Shown in pieces: positions 1 through 10,001 of a stretch of DNA of 64,000 bases (positions are counted from its first letter, which is position 1; each line of letters begins with the position of its first letter). Below the pieces are notes generated by a model that did not search any database, was not told where the DNA came from, and saw nothing but the letters and a program-made list of their open reading frames with translations. Where the stretch lies: the NCBI GenBank assembly GCA_965113315.1, contig OZ220382.1. One strand, 5' to 3'. Source of the DNA: Podarcis vaucheri. Its lineage: Eukaryota. The translations under genes were made by a program, and so were the position numbers.

Positions 1-578
1 GCTGAAGAAAGACCTTCTTCAAATAGCATCTGAATGGGTGCTGCCGATAAATCCCACCCCAATCTGTGAATCAGCATGGTAAATTCAGTCCAGTACTCAG
101 GGACAGATCTGCTTCCCTGCTTGCAAGCCATTAACTGTCTGCGCACCACCCCTTCCTCAATGTCGCTGGAAAACATGATATCCATTGCACGAAAGAATTT
201 CATAGTGTCCTTTAGGATATCGTTGTGCGTTGCCATCAGGGGTCGAACCCAGTCTCGCGCGCCCTTCTCAAGATGCCCAATTACAAAAGCAACTCGAGAT
301 TCCTCATCAGGGAACTCATCAAACTGGACATTCAGGGCATATTGCATTTCAGTCCTAAAGGCATGGTAATCCTTGGGGTCCCCCCCAAACTTCTGCACCA
401 ATCCTGGTACCTTTCTGGGGAACTGAGTGGTTCTCCCCTTCTTGTCTGCATCTTGAGCCCTCCTCTCCTCGAGCCTCGCCGTCTGCAGCGCCAGTTGGAC
501 CTCCAATGCTCGGTATCTTTCTTCCAAGCTTGGATCAGCTCCTCCCCCTGCTACTCCGGCTCCGGCTGGGTCGCTCAT
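1..578 (-). CDS. gag: Ty3/Gypsy (sushi/PEG10-like) Gag, N-terminal 192 codons, continues beyond window start
   Basis: Manual translation from ATG at 578-576 is stop-free to base 1: MSDPAGAGVAGGGADPSLEERYRALEVQLALQTARLEERR...QKFGGDPKDYHAFRTEMQYALNVQFDEFPDEESRVAFVIGHLEKGARDWVRP...RRQLMACKQGSRSVPEYWTEFTMLIHRLGWDLSAAPIQMLFEEGLSS. It has an N-terminal coiled-coil, an FxGDP motif, xAxxW, and the QGxRSVxEYxxEF major-homology-like motif of retrotransposon Gag. Starts 45 nt after the LTR. Confidence 0.93.
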   Translation of the reverse strand, partial: MSDPAGAGVAGGGADPSLEERYRALEVQLALQTARLEERRAQDADKKGRTTQFPRKVPGLVQKFGGDPKDYHAFRTEMQYALNVQFDEFPDEESRVAFVIGHLEKGARDWVRPLMATHNDILKDTMKFFRAMDIMFSSDIEEGVVRRQLMACKQGSRSVPEYWTEFTMLIHRLGWDLSAAPIQMLFEEGLSS

Positions 579-610
579 GATGCTTTCTCCTGCACAGGCA
601 GCGTACAGAG

Positions 611-621
611 ACTGTCGGACT
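611..621 (-). promoter_or_regulatory. Self-priming primer-binding site (Tf1/sushi type)
   Basis: Minus-sense AGTCCGACAGT, 2 nt after the LTR end, is the exact reverse complement of ACTGTCGGACT at 752-742 inside the LTR. There is no TGG-starting tRNA-type PBS. Confidence 0.75.
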
Positions 622-623
622 GC

Positions 624-1073
624 TATCAGGGGATGATTAGCTGCTTGTGCTTAAAATGGTGCCCCTTCAGAGTTTGTGCGGCCCCACAAACCTCTGTGTG
701 TAACAGAGCTCCTCAGACATGTCTGCTCTAGTCACTATTAGAGTCCGACAGTGGCTGTTTGCGGAAACGCCTCCAACAAAGAAGTTCCTTAACGGAAACA
801 CGTCTCCTGGACTCACGACGTGACAGCTTCCGACGAAGCATGGGTCTCCCTGCAGTTGCTTCTGACACCTCCCCACTATTTTCGCTGGACGTGTCTCTCA
901 CCCCTTTCTCTCCCCTGCTTCCTGCCTGCGTTGCTGCGTCTCTCTCAGTATTACTGAGATCCTCCTCCAGAGACCCCGCGCTCCCCCTGCTGGTCCCTGC
1001 TTTGGCTGTTGAGTCTCTCCCCGTCTCTGGGAGCCCTATCACCTCCTTTCCCTCTGATGTCAGTTCCCTGACA
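624..1073 (-). mobile_element. 5' LTR of the Gypsy element (450 bp)
   Basis: Minus strand starts TGTCAGGG and ends CCCTGATA (terminal inverted repeat CCCTGACA with one C>T). The first 18 nt are identical to the solo LTR at 60291 and the 3' ends align at equal distance from a shared GCAC motif. Lies directly upstream of gag. Confidence 0.88.
728..1072 (-). CDS. LTR(U3)-encoded open frame, 114 aa, no ATG at its start; probable C-terminus of an element ORF read into the 3' LTR
   Basis: Open from LTR base 2 (VRELTSEGKEVIGLPE...RRESRRRVSVKELLCWRRFRKQPLSDSNSD*); homologous at protein level to 60292-60621. Confidence 0.6.
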   Translation of the reverse strand, partial: VRELTSEGKEVIGLPETGRDSTAKAGTSRGSAGSLEEDLSNTERDAATQAGSRGEKGVRDTSSENSGEVSEATAGRPMLRRKLSRRESRRRVSVKELLCWRRFRKQPLSDSNSD

Positions 1074-2489
1074 ATCCTGTATATGTTTTTAGCTTTTTGT
1101 ATTGTATCTGTGTTGTTTTAATATATGTAAGCCACCTTCACTCCCGGTTTGGGTAAAAGGTAGTGTGTTGTAGTTGTTGTTAATCAGCATCCTTTGCAGA
1201 GTGCAGGGGTCCACTATAAAGAAGACACACCAGTGAGAAGGAAAGTGTGGACATTATTCATATGAAGTGCAACCATTTAAAAAGCTGCAGGCATGGCTAT
1301 AATTTTGGTTATTAACATAAGCCACAAAGTCATACCAAATTAAACTAAATTCATCACTTTTACCTTGGTCTCATTCAGTTTCTGTGTTAACTTTTCTAAT
1401 AATGCAATTTACCATATCTTTGTATGGTACTAATAGTTTATATCTGCTCCCACTATGTCTCTCCATTTTTGCTTTTCAGTGGCTTTTTTAAAAATTCAGT
1501 AATATGTAACATCACTTCAGCCAAAGTTTAGTGAAGATGATGGAGAGTGCTTAAGCTGACAACTACAAAAAAAACCTAAGCAACTTTTAGTATGTAATTT
1601 AAATCACTGATGGTTCGCAATCCATCCATGACCAGAAGCTTTTGTTTTCATCGCTGCTGGAACAACAATACTGGATCATTTTCTCCAGTGTGTGAAGCAT
1701 CGCTATTTGCAGCAACGTGAGCTGAAAATATTGGCAATGTGGGTGTATGCAACTTTAATAAAAATGAATGGCTGGGATTCCCCACACTTTTGAAACCCAG
1801 TTGTATGAAATCGCATGTGAACACCTATTTTATTTATTCATTTAGATTTACAGCCCACGCTATAACTGAAGAGTGGATACTTAACTTTTTAAAAAATACA
1901 AAAAAGACATAAAAGAGACAAATACATGGTTTACAACTGCATTATGGATTGGCACATGCATAAATGCATTGACATTCCTTTCAGACAGTTGAACCCCCTG
2001 CCCCGACCCCGTTTATAGTAGCAATTTACTATTTGCTGTAACTCCCACTTGATGTGCCTGGATTCTACAGCAGGGGTCAGCAAAATTTTAGGGCAGTGGA
2101 CTTTTTTGTTTACCTTTTTAAAATGTGGGCACAAAATGGCAGTGGTTGGACTATGTCATAATGCAAAATGGTTGCCATGTGGGACATGACCTAGCACATC
2201 ATGGCTGATGTAGGTGCCTTGTTTTCTAAAGATGCTGCATGGTTGTACCATTTTGTGGGCCTGTCTCTTTTAGATGTGGGAGCCATTTTATGCTATGTTT
2301 AATCCCCAGAGCAGCCATTTTGTAATTGACATCCATGACACTTTCTCAACCCCTGACTCAGGAGCACCAGCGTATGGGTTCTATATAATGGTGAATGTTA
2401 TCACCATTTAAATCAGTCTCCATACAAGTTATGATGCCAAATTCATAAACCCCTGTGCTTTAAAAAGTGGTGGGGATGACAGTCTGATC

Positions 2490-3286
2490 TGTGTTGATAA
2501 ACCGGGTCCTCCCTTAAAGAGGGCACGTTTTGCTGTCAGACCTGGAAACCGGCACCCTGTGTTGTGGGTGGGTACAATTGGTCAGCCACAATACCCGATT
2601 GGTAGGTCCCTCGTAGCTGGGTGCAATCTGGCCAATGGGACACAGTCCAAACAGTTAGATGGACCTATTTATACCCATGCACATGACCCAGAGCTTCCTC
2701 TTTCAGCACCTGCATTCAGAACACCCACCTCTCCCTATTTTTAGGGCTTGTTGCGCTTGACCTTGCTAAGCCGTCGTGTGTCGTCTGTCATTGGGACAGG
2801 GGCATGGCAGGAATTTTCCCCACTTGGCTAATTGGCTGTTGCCATTTGGGTTTCGCCTGTAGCGTAGCAAATTGTCACAACTTGTAAGGTTGCGGATAGG
2901 CTCTGGTTCAGGTGATAGGGATGGGAGAACGCTCTCGCCATCCCTATGTGAAGGGCATTCCGTTAAAGGACTCCAGGGACTCGATGGTTTGGTCAACCCC
3001 TGAGAGGGGGTTGTGCCCGTGCCTGAGTCCAGGGGGACATTTGGGTGGTGGAGTTCACCTGTTCCCGGCTTTCCGCTCATCCGGGTGTTCACCCTTGGCT
3101 GCCCTATGCTGGTGCCCTGCGTCAGCACTAGCTGCATGGGAGGGAGCTAGTCGAACCAGAGCCTATACAGCCGATCACTTTCTGTAATCAATAAAGTTGT
3201 GGCCTAAATTCTGCCAAAAACCAAAACCAAAATTTGAGTCAAGTGTGAATTTATTTAGGGGGGTAGTTTCTGGGTCTGAACATGCA
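2490..3286 (+). mobile_element. Solo LTR-like element (family unassigned), ~800 bp
   Basis: TG...CA-compatible ends; three CCAAT/ATTGG boxes (2577, 2598, 2632); TATTTATA 2666-2673; pyrimidine-rich initiator ~2695; AATAAA 3190-3195; CpG-richer than flanks. No clean TSD seen, so boundaries are approximate. Confidence 0.7.
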
Positions 3287-5455
3287 ATCACTAAGTATAA
3301 AATTGTAATTGTGTCCATGATTGCATCCCCCACATAGCCACACAGCTGCTTCAAAAAATATATTGGATTTTGGCAGTACAAATTGCAACATGTCCATAGG
3401 CAAGCCTTTAATCCTTGCTCAGAATCTCTTGCTACCACAAAATCTATTATGGCCTACTTGCCTGCAGGTGTGCGCAAACACAGTCTAAGCAAGTTTCTGT
3501 TCCTGATCATTGTGATTAATTGTGGCTTCTTCAAATATGGGTTCCATTTTAGTGAATCAGTCACTATATGCTGATATTCATCCATTGGGCACATACTGGG
3601 GATATCTCCCTTAACAAATAAACTGGCATAAAAGTGATTTATATTTTTGTTCAACTGCCATGCCTCCTGCCCTCAAATTGCTTTCTAGCTTCCTTCACAG
3701 AGCTAAAGTTCTAATGGTTTCCTGGGGAGATGAATAACTATTAAACAATTGGAACTCTATATTTTAAGAAGGCGCTCGTAGAAAATTAGTCTTTGTACCC
3801 ACTAAAGGATACAGGCAGGGAATTTTAAGAATTAACTACAGTACATACCAATAAGAGACAACTAATGTCAAGACAACTTCCAAGGAAACTCCGTATTTTA
3901 TTTTATTACCATTGATTCCTGTCTTTCTTCTATCATAGAATCCAAGGTAGTGTATTTGTGGTTCCTGGTGATCACCCATCCATGCACAGACCAGACCCAG
4001 ACTGGCTTAGCTTCAGCAAGGTAGTGGCCTTGAAAGCTAGGTTAAGCACTTCCTCTGGAGTTCCAGCCCTGTCCTATCAGCTCTACCACCGTGTTTTAAG
4101 TCCTTGGTCCTGGCTCAGCTTAGACTTTAAAGAGATGTCCTCTCCTGCATCCTACACAGCCCCATGCTGTGGCAAAAGGCCAATCTCAGGGCACCATCAA
4201 GAGGCTGTTTTTATGAAGCCTTAAATAGCAAAGATGAACACACTGAACCAAGCACTCATTGCACCAGGCCTAAGGCACTAGAATGTCTCTGTCCATTAGC
4301 AGCTGTTCGTTTTTTATATTCCTGGCTCAGTCTTCATTGGAGGCTGCAAAGACAGAAGGATTAAAAAAATGCTACAGGCAGGGATCTGTCTTCTTCCTTC
4401 CTTATGAACCCCCATAGCATTCCTTTTGTGCCATTTGCTAAAAGAATAACCTCTGCCAACCCTTTGCTCCTTTTTGATACAAGCAAACAAGGTCCCCTCT
4501 TCTCTTTATCCTGCAGCAAAGCAAACATACCAAGGTCTTGAAGAGATGACAATTTAAGTCAAACAACTCTGCAAGAACAGAAAGGAGGCTGCATTGTGCC
4601 AGCAAGTTGTTTAATCAGAGTTATTAAGAATGTGCCAAGCTCCTGCACAGCAACTGCTTTCACACAGTGCTGCAGAGCACAAAGAGGTAATATGGGTTGC
4701 AAGATTGGGATGTGGAAAGGGATGTAAGAATGCATTGATTTCCATTCTGACCACTGTTCATTGCATATAGCACTGTTTCCATTCTGCTGCAATTCAGCTT
4801 CCAGAAGGAGAAAAAACCTATATCACATTTCTCACTGTCCACTGTGGTAGAATTTCACATAATAATTACATTATTATTACAAAATACACACCATTCATTT
4901 CAATGCAAAGGAAACATAATGCAAATTTGGGGGTGGAGTCAAGCTGGCTGACCTGCCTGTCTAACTCTAGAAAGCATTGAAGTTATACTTCTGAGCATGC
5001 TAAAAAGCATGATTTCATGTTAGATCAAGGAAGTTCTAGTTTTCTCTGTGGTTTGAAACCTAGAGACCCCTTGATACCAGCAGGAGAGGGCTCTAATGTA
5101 ACTATTCAACATGTTGAGAACATTAAGAAGAGCCCAGTTAGATCAGTCCAAAGCCCATCTGGTCCAGCAGCCTGTTTTCCAGTGGCCAACCAGATGTTTC
5201 TGCTTAAGCCCACAAGCAGGTGATAAGTACAACAGCGCAATTCTCTCCACGTGCAATTCTCCAGTACAACAGTGAAATTCTCTCCGCGTGCAATTCCCAC
5301 ACTAGGTATTCTGAGGAATACTGCTTCTGATACTGGAGTTAGAACATAGCCTTCAATACCTATGTACTCAATATATTTTTCTTATTCTCTTTTAAAGTCT
5401 TCCAAGTTGGTGGCTATCATTACTTATTGTGGGAACAAAAGCCATAGTTTAACTA

Positions 5456-6174
5456 CCGTATTTTTCGCTTTATAAGATGCACCAGACCATAAGGCGCACC
5501 TAGTTTTTGGAGGAGGGAAACAAGAAAAAAAAATTTTTGAATCCCAGAAGCCAGAACATCAAGAGGGATCTGGCTTCTGGAATTCAGAATATTTTTTGTC
5601 TTGTTTTCTTGCTGTCCTGGCTTATGGGATAGACGTGTGCAGCCTCTCCTGGGCAGCGGGATGAAGAAGAAGAAGAAGAAGAGGAGGAGGAGGAGGAAGA
5701 GGAGGAGGAGAAGTTTGGATTTGATATCCCGCTTTATCACTACCCCAAGGAGTCTCAAAGCGGCTAACATTCTCCTTTCCCTTCCTCCCCCACAACAAAC
5801 ACTCTGTGAGGTGAGTGGGGCTGAGAGACTTCAAAGAAGTGTGATTGGTCACCCAGCAGCTGCATGTGGAGGAGCGGAGACACGAACCCAGTTCACCAGA
5901 TTACGAATCTACCACTCTTAACCACTACACCACACTGGCAGAAGCCAGGACAGGAAGCGGGGCTCCGTTCCTGTCCTGAGGGAGAGCTGCGCAGCACCCC
6001 TTCAGCGAAGTGGGAGGAGGGACAGAAGGGGCTCCGTTCCTCCTCCTGCTTCACTGAAGGGGTGCTGTGCACCTCTCCCTCTCTGCGCAGCGCCATTCAC
6101 TTCATAAGACGTGTTCACATTTCCCCTTACTTTTTAGGAGGAAAAAAGTGCGTCTTATGGAGCGAAAAATACGG
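5456..6174. mobile_element. Tc1/mariner (Tc2/pogo-like) MITE
   Basis: TIRs CCGTATTTTTCGC...GCGAAAAATACGG flanked by TA on both sides; contains a nested SINE. Confidence 0.88.
5663..5939 (-). mobile_element. Squam3-like tRNA-derived SINE nested in the MITE
   Basis: Reverse complement of the copy at 11998; (GAA)n(GAG)n tract is the (CTT)n tail. Confidence 0.88.
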
Positions 6175-6264
6175 TATGTGCTGTGTGAAGACGTCCATCC
6201 TTTTCTCTATCTTGAGTCAGCATTTGGTTTCATTGGGTGGCCATGAGTCTGAGGAATTAGCAAG

Positions 6265-6443
6265 CATAGGAGCCAACTCCTAGGAGCTGTGGGGGTTTCG
6301 GCCTCCACAATAAAATATTTGAGGGCTCCCAGGCCCCCACAAAGTTGATGGCCATTCCCATTCAAATGGTCTGTGTGCACCATGTCAAGTGATCAATTAT
6401 GTGGTGTGTGGCTTACCTGGGCCCCCACAAGTTGGCACCCCTG
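6265..6443. mobile_element. hAT MITE
   Basis: Ends CATAGGAGCCAACT...AGTTGGCACCCCTG; 8-bp TSD TTAGCAAG/TTACCAAG. A related copy lies at ~9594-9780. Confidence 0.8.
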
Positions 6444-8062
6444 TTACCAAGAGGAGAAAACTTCTCCTTACCTACTTCTTCTACACCATGCATAATCCTG
6501 GACCCCCTCTATCATGTGCCCTTTTCTCTAAATGAAAAGGCCCAAATGTTGTAACCTTTCCTAGTAGGGAAGTTGAGACAGCCCCTTGATCATTTACTAG
6601 GAGGTGGCTGAGTAGGCAGACAAGCCAAGCAACCAGTCTACCAGTGCAGTTGTGAGCCAGCCTCTGTCCTACCACGCCCTCCCACCCCACTTCAAAAAGG
6701 TAATGTTTTTGTTTTGCTTATAGAAGGTTGAGAGAACTGACTGGTGGTACAGAAAGTAAGCCCTTTTCTAAACCCAAATCAGGATTTGCATCATTAGTCT
6801 GGAATCAACTCCAAAGAGTGTGCAACTTTTAAGTGTGTGTGGTTGGAGAGATGTTCCCATATTGGAGTGGGTGGGAATCACAAGTGGTGGTTTTTTCAGG
6901 CTTTTCATTATCCAAGAAACAATAGGAGACATCACTTACTACAATGGTGACTGGTGCCCTTTGAAATGGCAAGGGCAGAAGGCAGGGAGGCCAACAGTAG
7001 GTGGAGCCAGAGCTGATGACAGGCAAAACAGTATTGTCTCCATCCACCTGCCTTCCAAGTTCTACAAGAGGCAACCCTGAGGCTGAGGAAGAGGAGGAAG
7101 CTGATAGGCAATGTCACCCACTGGATTCACTGTAAGTAAGAAGGCGGGCAGGCAGGGGCTGACTGAGGGCAGACTAAGGTTGGTAGCGCACTGCCTCCTT
7201 CACTCTAATCCACCAGCCTCCACTATACTATTAGCATTTGTTTTAATTCAGTGCTTACATATATAGGTGGATTCCTGCCTCCCCTATCCTCAAAAATGAT
7301 AGCTATCTGTGCACTGAAATTCAATCTACCAGTGTTGTGAAAAGGAGACAACTGAACCTAAACAACCCCTGTAACGTAGCAATGCTTGAGATTATTAGCT
7401 AGTGTTGTCAAAGGTCAGGACATGAACAGAAAGAATACACTGCGGAATGCATGGGGATTCTCACCCTCAAGTAAAATGGTGGCAAGGCCTAAGAAGGGGG
7501 CAAAAAAACACGGCTTGGAAATGAGCAGCCAATGTAAATAAATAAGTAGCAGTGGGAATGTGAGAATATCAAGGAATTAAGCCGACAGCATAAATAAGAA
7601 GGTTGGCCAGAGGGCAGATAATGGTTCAGGGAGTACTGCAATGACGTCAGCAGAACAGTCAAGGAGAGAAGGAACTTTAGGGCAGATTAAAACTTCAGCA
7701 AGTAAGGATGCTGTCTGGGACACAGTTAGCCATGCACTTTCATAGAGGTGTACGTGTTCAATGGTAGTATTATTATTATTATTATTAAAAATAATAATTT
7801 ATACACCACTTATTACCAAAACGGTCTTCTGAACAAAGTATAAAAACAAGTTGCACAAATGTTATAATTAAAATCTACCATAAAATATAGCATTACACCA
7901 TTCTAGCAATTAAAGCAGAAGAATTGGGTCAAGGGTTCAAGAAAATTCCTGTGTAAATAGGTGCATGCTCAAAAGTCAGTGGAATGCCAACATTTGCAAA
8001 AAAAAAAAAAAAAGGTTTTGAGCATTTCTTAAGGAAATTCAGCAAATTCTATGCTTCTGACA

Positions 8063-8182
8063 TGGGTTGCCGTACGTCCAGGTTTCCCAAAACATTAAGG
8101 GGACCAGACACTGTTTCCGACACTGTTTCCGGCGACCGAATCCCAGCAATGTCCGGGAAGATCCAGACGTATGGCAACCCTA
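8063..8182. mobile_element. Short hAT-like MITE
   Basis: Inverted ends GGGTTGCCGTACGTCCAG...CCAGACGTATGGCAACCC; TSD not clear. Confidence 0.65.
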
Positions 8183-9865
8183 CACAAATATGGACATTTT
8201 CGCTATTTACCCCTATAGTATAGATTTCCCTTCCTCCTGCCATATGTCATACAAATGCACATATTTTTGCACAGGCTTTCCCCAGCCCATATGGTTAGAC
8301 CCTTGTTTTAGTCTGCATGAATTCCCTTGACTCCTGTTTTTAATTTGCTTTTATGCTAATGTTTTTCTGGTTTTGTATTGTATTCCCCCCCCCATGATAT
8401 TGTTTACTGTTTTTATGTTGCACGTTGATATCACTTGGAGAGTTTTAAAATAGCAAGGACTTTCTAAAAAATTTAAAAGAAATAAGATACAGAAGCCAAC
8501 TGAACTCGCCACTGAATTTTAACCAACACTGGTGATGTTATGCTGACAGGGGCAGAGGGAAAGACAGGGCAGGATATTGCATGGCATGTAGCACACACAG
8601 GTCTTTCCTTCAACAGAAGAGAATGCTTGTAGCAGGAAGCTTAGAAGGAATAGCTAAGGGGATATCACAACTGCTCTGCTGTCAGCTGCTGCCTAAGGCA
8701 GTCAGCTCATTTTCCCTTGCCCTATTTGCTTGTTTATTCTTTATTATTGCACTTGCACCCCAGCTTTCCTCCCCATTTCTCAAGGTGGTGTACATCAGGG
8801 GCATAGCGCCATTCACCAGCACCTGAAACAGGTGCACACACACCTACTCACCAGGCAGGAATGGGACCCTCGCTCACCCACTGAGTTTCACGGCCAAAAT
8901 GGGGGTTTGAAGCCTGGTCCCCCATGTCTAACACTCAAACCCCTACACCACACTGCCTTTCTATGGTATTGCACCATACATTGTATATTCTTCATTTCAT
9001 GGCAGGTGTCTTGAGAGGATTTGTCTCTTAAAGGTGGCATATAAATACTTTAATTAAATAATAATGGTAATAGCAGGCCATCTTGATTTCCTCAAGCCCT
9101 TTTGTCCCAATTGACTCGTTAGCATCCATTTCCCAGGGCAGGTGTGTGCCGGCATTTGCTTGAAAGTTGCTTTGTGTGTGTTGTGGGGCTGCGGTGCCGG
9201 TCCTGGAGAAGTGAAATATATCAGCACACAGCGCACACATACTGTAAGCTTGCCAAGGGATGGATACATTATGGATACAGAACTGTCAGATATTCTTTGA
9301 AAACTCATAAAGTGAACCATAGGAGGGCCTTTTTGAAGCAGGAAGCTGTAATTTTTGTTTTTGCTTTTAAGCTGTATCATTAGCAAATACTTTCTCTCTT
9401 GCAACTAATCAGCCTTGTGGGGTGCATGTGTGTGTAATGGGTGTCTATATGTTTGCAGGGGGAGGAAATCAAAAGACATTTTTGCAATACGTGTTTTTGC
9501 TTTCATCTAAAGTACTTGCAATAAGCAGATTCATCTACTTTGGCCTAGAATTTATACCATGTCTGCTCAGTCCAGACACTTCGTACTGCCAGCCATAAGA
9601 GCCAACTCCTGGGGGCTGAGGTCCATTTGTTTCCCACCACTCGCATAAAATATTTGAGAGGGCCGCCCCCTCAAACTTTAATGGGCATTGTCATTCAAAT
9701 GGCATGTGTCTTGTGATTGATTATGCATGGTTGGGTTTACCTGCCCCCCCCCCCCCAATATTTTATTCGAGTTGGCGGCCAACTGCTGGGATTCAGTGTT
9801 GTGCTTTCTGTTATTCTGATCTGTGGTTGTGGTTGTTGTTGCTATTACTATCTTATACATTTCTA

Positions 9866-10001
9866 CAGGGCTTTTTTTCACCTGGAACTCCCCAGAACTC
9901 AGTTCCAGCATCTCTCAGGTGGGTGTCATCACCATTATAAGAGAACAAGGGAGGAGTTCATGGTGAGTTCTGGCACCTCTTTTTCTAAAAAAATAGCACT
10001 G
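9866..10001. mobile_element. hAT MITE
   Basis: TIRs CAGGGCTTTTTTT...AAAAAATAGCACTG; 8-bp TSD CATTTCTA/CATTTATA. Confidence 0.78.

Larger units (their letters stand above)
5105..6600 (-). mobile_element. Old CR1-type LINE 3' fragment, split by younger insertions
   Basis: Reverse complement of the reptile CR1 3' region (AGAACATTAAGAAGAGCC...GATCAG...TTTTAAAG.C.TCCAAG). The sequence resumes after the inserts at 5456-6174 and 6265-6443. Confidence 0.6.

Noticed and set aside
613-623. Alternative LTR end at ...GTCCGACA (613)
   Set aside because: Alignment with the solo LTR and the CCCTGA(C/T)A inverted repeat place the end at 624; 611-621 is better explained as the PBS.
76-1121. Plus-strand ORFs 76-369, 225-731 and 759-1121
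   Set aside because: Antisense shadows of the minus-strand gag and LTR frames; no recognisable protein features.
2490-3286. Hammerhead ribozyme / retrozyme
   Set aside because: No CTGAnGA...GAAA core in a suitable three-helix context was seen; other ribozyme classes cannot be excluded without a covariance search.
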